51,633 nt of DNA from Octopus bimaculoides (GCF_001194135.2 NC_068988.1:44473555-44525187), one strand, 5' to 3'; counted from the stretch's first letter, positions 23,543 through 34,669 are shown. Notes: a model not told the origin generated them from the letters alone. Numbers and translations are program-made.

Positions 23543-24951
23543 TAGTGTTAATTGAGAAACAAAGCAAAATAGTATTAATTGAGAAAGAAAGCAAATGATG
23601 CTGGATCATAGATATAGCATGCCCAGCTGACAACAAGGTATGTAATAAGGAACTAATGGCTTCAAAATTAAGTACATGGTCACCAGTTTTGAGGGGTAGA
23701 TTGCTTGGATTCCAGTACTTGACTGACTGGTACTTTAGTTTATTAATCCCAGAAGGATAGAAGGCAAAGTTGATATCAATAGGATTTGAACTGAAAACAT
23801 AAAGGATCAGAACAAACAACACACTGTTTTAGTGATTCTGTTAATCCTTCATTTTTAATGATAGCCATTCCTAAAATAGTTACGAGATTTGAAATTTGTG
23901 GGACTAAGGCAATCAAATTTATTGATCCTAGTATTTGATTGGTACCTAATTTGGTACCCCTTTTCTCAACCCCGAAAGGATGACGGGCAAAGTTGACTTT
24001 GGAGGAATATGAACATAGAATGCAAAGTCAGATGAAATGCTATTAAGCATTTTGCCCAGGTGCTAATGATTGTCAGCGCAACACCTTCTTTGGTACCAGT
24101 AATATGATGGGGGATGGAATTAGTCGACTGCATTACACTACTTTCAAGACTCTGTCTTGTGCCTACATTAGGAATCAATGGACATAAAATGTATTCTTTG
24201 AACAAACCTATGATAACAATAAATTCTTTAAGAATTGTTAATGCAAAAGATCAGAGCGAATGACTGACAGTTATATAGGGTGTAGGGTGATGTGTTGCAA
24301 TAGAATGCAAGAATGTAGCAGTGTTAAACTATATGTGTAGGAAAATAACTGAAGTTGAAGGACAGACAGGCGAAAGGGTATGGAAAGGTCTCTATATGCA
24401 GTAGACACTTGATGGCAGAGATGCTAGAACAAAGGGTGGGAGGAAGGGTTGAGAGGGAAAGAGAGGAAGAGAGAGAGAGAGGATGGAAAGAGAGGAACAG
24501 AGAGAGGGAGGGGGAGAGAGGGTGGAAAGAGAGAGAAGTGGACAGGAGGGACAGTACATCGATCAAATTATCCAAACAAGTGACTTAACAATGTTGGAAC
24601 CTAGAGGTAGTTTGATGGCATGTGTAGTGATGATGATGGTGGTGGTGAGTTTGCTTTCATTGTAGTTCAGAATGACAGATAATTGAGACGGCGTCTAAAT
24701 ATATTTAAAATGTAAAGAAAACGCAAAAATAACCCCAAAATAAATAGAATAAAGATCAACAACAACAGTAAATACTCAATATAAAACATCAGCAAAACTA
24801 ACAAAAAACACTAACAATGCCTCCATACCAAAATAAATAAAAATAAATAACAACAACAAAATTACAAAGAAAATGTTAAAGATCGATGAATGTTTGGCAT
24901 GTCAACTTTTTCCAATAAATTTGTTTGAAAGAAGAAAAATAAACAAGAAAA

Positions 24952-25133
24952 AACTGAGTAACTTTACTCAAAAGCAAGATTTTGAAACTCATTTCAGACT
25001 TTAAAAAAAAATATAAGAAATACATTTAAGTAAAACAGTAAATATATAGAAATACATCTTGTGTTGCGATTATTCTGAGTATTATTTATTCCGTTCTCTA
25101 TTATAAGAACTTATCTTTAATGTTTAGTGAATG
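24952..25133 (+). repeat. 182-bp direct repeat, copy 1 (copy 2 at 26265-26445)
   Basis: AACTGA(G/A)TAACTT(T/C)ACTCAAAAGCAAG...TTTAGTGAATG. The copies differ by 3 substitutions and one A-run indel. Confidence 0.95.
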
Positions 25134-25276
25134 CTTGAAATGACAGAATATCAAATTAAATTCCTTGAGTTATTCAACTATACACATTAACATTTGGTTT
25201 AAAATCCTACTGATATTAGGTTTATAATTTTCAAGGCTCATAAAATTAGCACCATAAGTATTGGACTGATCTAAAG

Positions 25277-25532
25277 CAGTAGTTCTCAACTGGGGTCCAT
25301 ATAGCCCTTGGACGTCCATATAACATTTTATTGTTAAAATTTGTCTGCAATAAATTGATTGTAATTCTACAATACATGAAATATTTTTACAATTTATTTT
25401 TTTCAATTCCTGAAAATATTTATTTATAAAAATATAAGATTTTTTTAAGCATCAAATGGCCTTGAGGGACCACCCAAGTTAAATAAGAATCAAAGGGATC
25501 CACAGGTAAAAAAAAATGGTTGAGAACCACTG
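25277..25532. mobile_element. hAT (Charlie-like) MITE
   Basis: TIRs CAGTAGTTCTCAAC / GTTGAGAACCACTG and an 8-bp TSD ATCTAAAG / ATCTAAAA (7 of 8 identical), resembling the nTCTAGAn target preference. Confidence 0.85.
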
Positions 25533-25682
25533 ATCTAAAAGATTTGTTTTCCTCTGTGATTTGCTTTTCTTTCTTGTTTCTTAAATTTTACTTTTCACTC
25601 TTTGTGCTTTTTCTGTTTGAAATTTTGTTTTCAATTCCCTCATCTCCCACTCATCTAAGGTGATAGAGGGGTGCTTTTGCTG

Positions 25683-26270
25683 CTAGTTATTGTACAGAAG
25701 TGGGTGTGTCTGTTTGTTGGCTTTCAAGCTGGGGCATGAAGTAACTTCATTCCCTAACTCTGGACAAGAAGTAAGTGCATCAGTATCACTTCTAGGACTG
25801 AGGACTATGCTTGTTTTCCAATCATCCTTGGAGCTGTAGTCAATGGTAAGACAGGTGTCACTACTGGAACAGCAGTCTTCAGATCCTGCATAATCATTTT
25901 GAGCTTTTCCAACTTGTGACAAGAAGAGACCCCTAAGTGGCTTTCCTTGCCATATGCATAACAACTAGATATTCTGCTCTTTCCCATTTGTCCTTTTGCC
26001 TTAAGACTCAGTAACCACAGTGGAACACAGCTTTGGAATGACTTTGAGGTCCCGAGAGTCCATTAGGAGTTTGAAGTTCATGTTCACTCCTCCTGTCTAA
26101 ATATATATCATTCCTTGATACTAATGTGTTTATAGTTTTACAAAAGCAACTGTTACTCTTGTTTAATACTGCACCTTGTACTGGGGCATAAACTTATATC
26201 AATATGAATTTTGTGTACAATTTCTTCTGATTGATTGTCAGCTTTCTCCTCAGCCCTGAAGATTAACTGA
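25683..26270 (-). pseudogene. Possible decayed LINE APE endonuclease fragment
   Basis: Across frameshifts the motifs run VYAP, then TGGVNMN (GDxN-like), then ...W..., then SSSD...WK. Weak, by-eye alignment. Confidence 0.3.
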
Positions 26271-26445
26271 ATAACTTCACTCAAAAGCAAGATTTTGAAA
26301 CTCATTTCAGACTTTAAAAAAAATATAAGAAATACATTTAAGTAAAACAGTAAATATATAGAAATACATCTTGTGTTGCGATTATTCTGAGTATTATTTA
26401 TTCCGTTCTCTATAATAAGAACTTATCTTTAATGTTTAGTGAATG
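26265..26445 (+). repeat. 182-bp direct repeat, copy 2
   Basis: See copy 1. Confidence 0.95.
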
Positions 26446-26523
26446 TTTATTTTGTAGGCTTTTTTTTTCCTGTGTGCATCATATGCTTGTCATGTCTTCC
26501 TTGATTGGTATTTCAAGATATAT

Positions 26524-26738
26524 AAGGGGGTACTGAAAAGTTCCTGGCTTTAAGAGTATTGCAAAAGGCCTGATTGGAGGCCCAACCTCTCAACTTCTTT
26601 TACAGGGCTTAGAAAAACTGAAGGAACTCTTCAATAAGTGTGTGAACCTGAGAGGAGAATATGTTGGATAAAATCATAATTAACTGATCCCCTTGTATTT
26701 TCTTTTACCCAAAGCCAATAACTTTTCAGCACCCCTTC
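26524..26738 (+). mobile_element. Internally deleted mariner (MITE-like, ~215 bp)
   Basis: TIRs AGGGGGTACTGAAAAGTTCCTGGCTTT / AAAGCCAATAACTTTTCAGCACCCCT. The interior encodes QGLEKLKELFNKCVNLRGEYVG*, a mariner transposase C-terminus. Confidence 0.8.
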
Positions 26739-27427
26739 ATTGAGGAAGCACTACCCTTGTGAGACAAAAGTAGATCAGTTTTATTCATGCTTGACTTTAG
26801 ATAATTTCTTCAGGCCAAGAGATACAATTCTTTGAATACATTTCTGCTGCTAGTTTAATTTGGATTTTGCCCAGTCCATGTTCAAGGATTCAACATTGAA
26901 AGCAAAACTAACATCTTGTGAAATTCTTATTCAATGACATTTTTGTTTGTGCATGAACATCTGTGAGAACATCAGTGTTGTTGTTTTTGTGCCAAGTAAG
27001 GTTTCAGAATTTCCAAAACAAGAATTTTTTTTTCATTCTGAAAGTGTAACATTTTCTATTTCTAAAACCTATATGTATTGTTGCGAAGAAGCTTTGTATT
27101 GTGTTATTTTGCTTTGCAATGGCAAAATTGTTTTTATTATTATTTATTATTATTTTTTTGTTTGTTTTGCTTTGGTAGGCGTTTCCATGACTCTGCGTCA
27201 TTGCAAAACAAGTCATCAAAACAAAGTTCAAAATATCAATAAAAAATGTTTTTATGGTGGGCGGTGGTGAAAGTCACATAAATAAAATAAACTTGTTTTG
27301 TAAAATACCTTTATATGACAAACAAACAAGCAAGAAATCTTTGGAAAAGGTAGTAATCAAAAGCTTAACAGTAAGAGCTGCACTAGCATCATCATCATCA
27401 TCATCATCATATCATCATTTAATGTCA

Positions 27428-27481
<54 letters not shown>

Positions 27482-27706
27482 TTTAAGAATGATCCCTGGC
27501 TTACCATCCATGCAGGAAGTGTAAAAGTTTGTATTGACTGGTATGTCACATGTACTGAGATGAGCATTGTCATTGTGAATTTTCTTCCCTTTTTTTCCCC
27601 TTTATTTTATTAGTTTACTTTTCTATCACATGACTCTGTAAATGAACGATTTGGTGTGTTTGTTTTAATGGCCTACCAATGTATACAGTACGTTTCTCTG
27701 CCCTAG

Positions 27707-27780
27707 GTGCCAGGAAGACACTTGGCAAGAAATAGAAGCAAAATTGAAAAAAGATGCTAATGAAAATAATGATAATAATG

Positions 27781-27817
<37 letters not shown>

Positions 27818-28076
27818 CAAACAACAAGAATGTCTATTTGCTATGGTTAAAAAGTTCAGTGATGATATCAGGATGCAGTTTGGACTGGAGAAATGCGTGA
27901 AAGCCACTTTCATAAGAGGCAAACTGGCATGTTCTGTGGATATCCACGTAGATACAGAAGCAAGAATCCGAGCACTGGACCAGGAAGAAGCATATAAATA
28001 CCTTGGCATAGATGAAAGTAACGGCATAAAACATTCATCAATGAAAGAGAAGATTACGGTTAGTAACAAAGACTGA
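27707..28076 (+). CDS. Candidate terminal exon of an unidentified host gene, read in frame into Dong-like RT sequence
   Basis: Acceptor TTTCTCTGCCCTAG|G. The frame is open from 27669 to the stop at 28074-28076: CQEDTWQEIEAKLKKDANENNDNNDN...NDKQQECLFAMVKKFSDD. No transcript evidence is available. Confidence 0.3.
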
Positions 28077-29307
28077 ACTCAATGCCGCAAATAAAATAGA
28101 AGCCATTAACACTCTTGCAGTACCAATCGTAGCTTATAGTTTCAACATAATCAACCGGCAAATGAGCGAAATAAAGAAGCTAGACTCCAAGACCAGAAAA
28201 ACTACTAACCATGGCTCGAATGAATAACCCCAAAGTGGACTTGAACAAGATTTATTTCCCGAGAAGCATAGGAGGAAGAGGACTGACTCAATTAGAATTA
28301 TCTTACAAAATCACCACTGTAGGATTAAATACATATCTTGAACTGCCAAAAGATCCTCTAATGAAGCTTGTGCACCAGCAGGATAAAGTAAAGAAGCTAT
28401 ACTCGGTATACAAAGAATCTGTACAGTTTAAGAAACAACTAATGACGGAGGAACCTAGGATGAAGGTGAGTGAGAAAGTAACCCAGTTTGCTAAAAGAGT
28501 TAAGGAAGAGATGGAAAAAAAAAAGCCCAGAAGAAGAGCAAAGAAGAATGGCTAGAAAAACTGATGCATGGCCGATACCCATGTAGAGTGAACAAACCAG
28601 ACGTAGAAAAACGATACACTCATGTATAAATGAAGCACTCAGGGCTGAAGGCTGAAGCCAAAGGTTTTATCATAGCAGCACAAGATCAAAGCTTGGCAAC
28701 CAGGGCTTACCACAACAAAATAATGAATGATGGCACTGACCCGAAATACAGAATGTGTCTTGGTATGAACATCATCCTGAACCAGTCATTGAAGGTAATA
28801 ATGTCACTATCCTCTGGAATTTTCCAGTCAACACTGACAGAACAATCCAGGCTAATCCCCCAGACATAATTATTTAGGACAGAGAAGAAAATACTTGTAG
28901 ACTAACAGATGTGTTCCCACTTAAAAATATATCTGTCAAGGAATTTGACAAACTAAGCGACTATAAGGACCTGGAAATTGAAATACAAAAGATGTGTCAT
29001 CTTAAAATGAGAACTGTTCCTGTTATAGTTGGTTCCCTAGGTATGATAAAAAATGGGTATGTCAGAAACATCTAGATAAGATCTCAGGAGAACCATGTCT
29101 CAGAGAAGTTCAAAAGATTGTACTGACAAGTACTGCCCACATCCTTAGAAAAACCCTATCCATTTAAATGTTTGTGTTGTATTACATGAAGCTATTTCGC
29201 TACTTCCCCTCTCCAACCTTTCAGTCATACAGCAACGTCTTTTATCCTTCACTTGCCCCAGGATGCTGGGTGTGTCTCGGCAAGTGACTGTAACAAACAT
29301 GTAGATT
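27813..29307 (+). mobile_element. 5'-truncated R4/Dong-like non-LTR retrotransposon (RT C-half to REL end, decayed)
   Basis: KFSDDIRMQFGLEKC, YKYLGI, RSIGGRGL, GLKAEAKGFIIAAQDQSL, PDII, and DKLSDYKDLEIEIQKM...VPVIVGSLG. Several frameshifts and stops. Flanked by (AAT)n on the left and AAAAATAATAAGTAATAA on the right. Confidence 0.85.
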
Positions 29308-29344
29308 AAAAATAATAAGTAATAATTATAATGATGATGATGAT

Positions 29345-29630
29345 GAACTCTTCCAACGAAGACAACATATGAATGTTCAGATTTTTGCTGAATGGCCTGC
29401 ACAAATGCAGTGATCAAATGTATCAGCTGTACAAGCTCACTGCCTCTGTCAAATCGATGTTACCTGAACAGATGCATGGTGTACAACACGTCAGTTGTCA
29501 AAGTAATCACAGAGTAATGTGAAATAAAGTGTTTTGCTCATGAACACAATGCTGCACCTGGTCTAGGAAATGAAACCACAATCTCATGATTGTGAGTGTA
29601 ACACCTTAACCACAAAGCCATGTGTCCTCA
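29345..29630 (-). mobile_element. tRNA-derived SINE (family D-like head)
   Basis: GTGAAATAAAGTGTTTTGCTCATGAACACAATGC...GAAACCACAATCTCATGATTGTGAGTG...TAACCACAAAGCCATG. Confidence 0.7.
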
Positions 29631-30254
29631 TAAATCATGGAAAGTTATAGCAAAATATGTTTTTTAGTCATTGTATAACCAAATCTTCATTATCCATTGT
29701 ATGTGTTCCCTTTCAAAGATGGTTGGGAGAAATTTAGGAAAAAGTTGCTATTTCTACCAAAGAGAAATCACCTTCATTGTCTTATGCAATTTTAGTTATA
29801 TCGCTGTGTGTTCATTTAAAAAAAAAAAACTTTCTTTAAGTCGCTGTATGTCAATTTATTAAAGAATAACTAAGCCATCTTTCTGTTATATTTTGTCTGC
29901 TTGTCAGAGAGATGATGTTTATACATCAAATATCAAGACCTGTTCATAAAAAATATATATGCCATCCTATATTTAACAGAACAATGTGAAAGACTAACGT
30001 GTTATCCAAATCTAAATTGCTCTCTCATTCATTTGACTCTACAGAATCTACTAGACAAATAAAAATCCCAGTAGTAGCAGCTTTCATTTTTGAGTAGTAT
30101 CTAACAATACTGGAGCTCTTAGGTCACAGTTCTGATCTTCTTGATTAATTGGTATATTATACTTTATTCCAGAGTGCGATATAAGATTGACAATGTAATA
30201 AATTGAGGATAGGATGCTGATGAATGAATTTTGTCTTATTTTGTTTGTTTGCAG

Positions 30255-30356
30255 AGTCTGGAGGAAGGGACAATGCCCATGGCCTTTGCAGACCACCCTA
30301 AATCGATGAGGTTGGCGCCATCAATGTTTCTCTTAGACATTTTAAAGTCAACTCAT
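30255..30356 (+). CDS. Candidate 102-nt internal exon (phase 0-0), unidentified protein
   Basis: Strong acceptor TTTTGTCTTATTTTGTTTGTTTGCAG| and donor CAT|GTATGA. Only one frame is open: SLEEGTMPMAFADHPKSMRLAPSMFLLDILKSTH. GC-richer than its flanks. Confidence 0.35.
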
Positions 30357-30863
30357 GTATGAAAGTTATCGTCATCATCATCATTTAATGTCTATTTTCC
30401 ATGCTGGCATGGGTTGGATGGAAATGACGAACAATCTTAACTAATTTTCAAATCTAATGGGATTTACAACAGAGACATCAGAGGACCAAAATTCTGAGTA
30501 AGAAGGATTGGCCATAGCAATTAGTGCAGGATTTGTGTTAGAATAAAAACAAGTGGAATGAAGGAAGAAGAGGCAAGTAGTACAGAAATGCCTGAGTGCA
30601 GTTGGTATGACCCCTGCTAGCACCAAAAAGTAGTGGCCATTATAGTAACAGCTGGAGGCTAGAATGTGCTTGCAAGTGACTTTATGCCAATCAGTCGGAT
30701 AGTCTTTCCCTAGATAGAGTCTAAGTTGTCTGTGTATGCAGCTATAACACCATCCCTGCTGTGAGAACAAGACTCCATTGTGGGTCTTATCTGTAAGCTA
30801 AAGAGGACTTAATTATGGAAATAACTCTTTCCTGTTGTAACTTCTGTGCATCTATATTAAGTA

Positions 30864-31272
30864 CCGTAAATCCTCGAGTATAATCCGCACTTTTTTCCCA
30901 AAATTTAAAGGTCAAAATTTCTAGTGCATACTATATACAAGGTTAAAAATGGAAAATAATTTCTAAGCAAATATGTAAAGGTAATTTACTTAATATTTAT
31001 TTTTCACTGACGTTATTACTGTTATTTCTTTATTTTCTGCAAACAAAATGCACAAAAAAAGCTACACATTTGCATTATGATATATATACAATAATAATAA
31101 AGGACGTTACTGTATATATGCTTACAAACCAAGGATGTTATATAGACCTCCTTGATTCAAGTTAGAGAAGGGGTGTGTATTATATGCAAGGTTTAAGTTT
31201 TTCAGAGGTACAGCCCCCTAAAAATCCACTGAGTATTATACTCAAGGGCAGACTATACTCGAGGATTTACAG
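30864..31272. mobile_element. Tc1/mariner-superfamily (Tc2/pogo-like) MITE
   Basis: TA|CCGTAAATCCTCGAGTATA ... TATACTCGAGGATTTACAG|TA: 19-bp TIR with 1 mismatch and TA on both sides. Confidence 0.85.
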
Positions 31273-31489
31273 TATTTATAATTCAGAGAACTGAGCCAGT
31301 GATTAAAAAAATGTTGGCAACGGAAATAGTACCATGCTGTGATAGAATACAAAGGATCAATTCATCAGCAACCTACTGAGCCCTCTGTTTGTGGTTCTTA
31401 TGCTTTGGTTAACTTACTGATGATGTAAAACACTGAGGTTAGAAAGAGAGGGAATTGCTTTGTTTAATATTAGACCATACGGAAAACAT

Positions 31490-31905
31490 ATGATGATGAT
31501 GATGATGAAGATGATGATGGTGGTGGTGGTGGTGGTTGTGGTGGTGGTGATGCTGTTGTTGATGTTGGTGGTGGTGGTGATGATGATGATAATGATAATG
31601 ATGATGATGATAGTGGTGGTGGTGATGATGCGGCTATTGTTGATGTTGGCAGTAGTGATGATGGTAATGATGATGATGGTAGTGGTGCTGGTGCTGGTGG
31701 TGGTGGTAGTAATGCTGTTGTTGATGTTGGTGTTGGTGGTGGTGGTGGTGATGATAATGATGACGATGATGGTGATGATGATGATGGTGGTGGTGGTGGT
31801 GATGGTAGTGATGCTGCTATTACTGATGTCGTCAGTGGTGATGATGTTGATGATGATGTTGATGACGAAGGCGACGACTACGACGACAACTCTGACGACT
31901 GCAGC
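31490..31905. repeat. Compound (GAT)/(GGT)/(GTT) triplet repeat with higher-order periodicity
   Basis: Read directly. GATGCTGTTGTTGATGTTGG-like units recur 4 times. Confidence 0.9.
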
Positions 31906-32061
31906 AGCAACCACAAAACCTCAGTGATGTCGGCAAATGTTGGCAGCATCCCCGTCAGCATTGATGATTCAAAGGCAATTGCTTTAAGACATCGCCTTTC
32001 GTCTCCCTTAAGTCACATGATAAATCTCACTCTCTTCTATCTTCAGGAGAACAAAAGAAAT

Positions 32062-32104
<43 letters not shown>

Positions 32105-32559
32105 TTACATATACACACACAAAGTACACACATACACACTCTAGATATCTACATACACACATACATACAACAGACAGATGCATTTTGTCAAAGCTCTTGA
32201 GGATGATGTTTCTGGATGCTTTTCCAATGAATCTAACTAACTTTCATCAGATGCCAACTAAAATCCAACCAATCAAATTATAGCATTTCTATGACTGACC
32301 GGCATGGCTTTTACAAAGACATTTGGCCAGCCACACAGCAATCTGTTAATAACATAATAAGATAAAGCAAGCAAGCAGGCAAGGCACTAATTGATAAGAA
32401 ATCTTTCATAGAAAGAGCATATTGAGGAGAATAACAAAGTTTATTAATCTTAACAAATCGGTAGGAATTGTCATTGAAGAGAGAACAGCTACACATTTAT
32501 TGGATGATTTTTCGAAGTCCTGAAAAGCCATTCTTTATCCCAATCTGAAATCAAAATAA

Positions 32560-32666
32560 TAATAATAATAATAATAATAACAATAATAACAACAACATCA
32601 ACAACAACAATTACGATGATGATGATGATGATGATGATGATGACGACGACGACGACGACGATGATG

Positions 32667-32698
<32 letters not shown>

Positions 32699-32905
32699 TA
32701 TTATTATTATTATCGTCACTCTTCTTCATCTTCTTTCCTCTTTTCTCCTTCTTCTTCTTCTTCTTCTTCTTCTTCTTCTTCTTCTTCTTCTTCTTCTTCT
32801 TCTCCTTATTACTATCATCATCATCATCATCATCATCATCGCTATTGTTGCTATTGTTATTATTTTTGCTGTTGTTGATTTATTAGCGTTATCATTATTA
32901 TTATT

Positions 32906-32937
<32 letters not shown>

Positions 32938-32941
32938 TATT

Positions 32942-32974
<33 letters not shown>

Positions 32975-33045
32975 GCTGTTAGTAGTAGTAGTATTAGTAG
33001 TAGTAGTAGTAGTAGTGGTATTGTCATTATTGTTATTTTTAAATG
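32560..33045. repeat. Compound triplet microsatellite (AAT, AAC, GAT, GAC, TTA, TTC, CAT, GTT, TAG)
   Basis: Read directly. Confidence 0.95.
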
Positions 33046-33356
33046 GTTGGCAATAAAACGGGTTGATAGTGTTAGCTTTCTGTTCCTACAAAAGGTTAGC
33101 GTTGATGCCACTGAGAAGAAATTCCATTAACGGCAAGGTGAACAGAGGTTTATTGTTGTATTAGGAAGTCTGCAACCCCATGTACATATATTGACCATTA
33201 AAGTATGGTAGCGAGATAAAGAATTCTTTCTGTTTATTCAACACTTAGCAAGATGAGAATGGGATTTCTAAGTGGCTGAGTGGTTAGTCTTATTCTGTTG
33301 GAACCTGAAGCATGAGTTACTATTCCCTCTGCCTTCCATATGTTTTTTTTTTTTAT

Positions 33357-33870
33357 TCTCTTATTCTTTTACACTTTCCAGTCATTTGACTCTGGCCATG
33401 CTGGAGCACCACCTTAAAAGGTTTTAGTCGCAGAAGTCGACCCCAGCACTTATTCTCTTATAAGCCTAGTACTTATTCTATTGGTTACTTTTACTGAGCT
33501 GCTAGGTTATGGGGGACATAAACACACCAACATTGGTTGTGAAGCGATGGCAAATGGACAAACACAGACAAAGACATACACACAAATATATATACATACA
33601 TATATATAAAATAAGATAGGATAGCTAAAATTTTAGAAATTTCACTACCAGTGGCTTAGCATGTATAAAAAGTCAATAGATAACATATTTTCCAAATAAA
33701 ATTAGTGTACATTTAAACACAAAAGAGGTGACCCTTAATGGGCAGCCTTACATGCTAGAAGGAGCAGTCAAAACGTTTTGGATGGTTTGACTGCTCCTTC
33801 TAGCATGTAAGGCTGCCTATTAAGAATCGCCTCTTTTGTGTTTAAATGTACACTAATTTTATACATATAC

Positions 33871-33917
<47 letters not shown>

Positions 33918-33918
33918 A

Positions 33919-33958
<40 letters not shown>

Positions 33959-34271
33959 CTTTATATATATATATATATNNNNNNNNNNNNNNNNNNNNNN
34001 NNNNNNNNNNNNNNNNNNNNNNNNNNNNNNNNNNNNNNNNNNNNNNNNNNNNNNNNNNNNNNNNNNNNNNNNNNNNNNNNNNNNNNNNNNNNNNNNNNNN
34101 NNNNNNNNNNNNNNNNNNNNNNNNNNNNNNNNNNNNNNNNNNNNNNNNNNNNNNNNNNNNNNNNNNNNNNNNNNNNNNNNNNNNNNNNNNNNNNNNNNNN
34201 NNNNNNNNNNNNNNNNNNNNNNNNNNNNNNNNNNNNNNNNNNNNNNNNNNNNNNNNNNNNNNNNNNNNNNN

Positions 34272-34313
<42 letters not shown>

Positions 34314-34462
34314 GATGGGCTTCTTTCAATTTCCATCTACCAGATCCACTCAGAAGGCTTTCGTTGGCCTGAGGCTATAGTAGAAGACATTTGCCCAAGG
34401 TGCCATGTAGTAGGACTGAACCTGGAACCATATGGTTGAGAAGCAAGCCTCTTACCACTTAT
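33357..34462 (-). mobile_element. SINE family A halves (33357-33600 and 34310-34462) separated by a fold-back insert, microsatellites and a gap
   Basis: Tail ATTCTTTTACACTTTCCAGTCATTTGACT at the left; head portion ...GGACTGAACCTGGAACCATATGG...CTTACCAC at the right. Confidence 0.75.
33696..33862. repeat. 77-bp inverted repeat with 13-nt loop
   Basis: Arms 33696-33772 and 33786-33862 differ at 4 positions, all transitions. Confidence 0.95.
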
Positions 34463-34669
34463 TCATATTCATATTCATTTAATCTTTTAATAATAATTTG
34501 GCAATTACAACTGTCACTGGCACCATCATATAAAGCCTATTATTCTAAAGCATTCATATTTAAATTAAAATCTTATTTTACTAAATCTTTCTCAATCCTT
34601 GATCTTCAAAATGTATTCAAACTGACTAACAGTGTGTTTGATTAGAAATATGGTCACAACATTGCTTAA

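Larger units (their letters stand above)
22305..24180. mobile_element. Cluster of further family C SINE copies: 22305-22582(-), 22610-22795(-), 22957-23172(+), 23283-23485(-), 23636-23820(-), 23900-24090(-), 24090-24180(+ tail)
   Basis: Each carries variants of TTTGAACTCAG, AGTACCAG or GGCAAAGTCGAC. Copies are separated by (TAA)n/(TTA)n runs. Boundaries are approximate. Confidence 0.8.

Noticed and set aside
25895-25960. CYAYGKESHLGVSSC as a CCHC zinc knuckle
   Set aside because: The second Cys is missing and the spacing is off, so it is not supportable.
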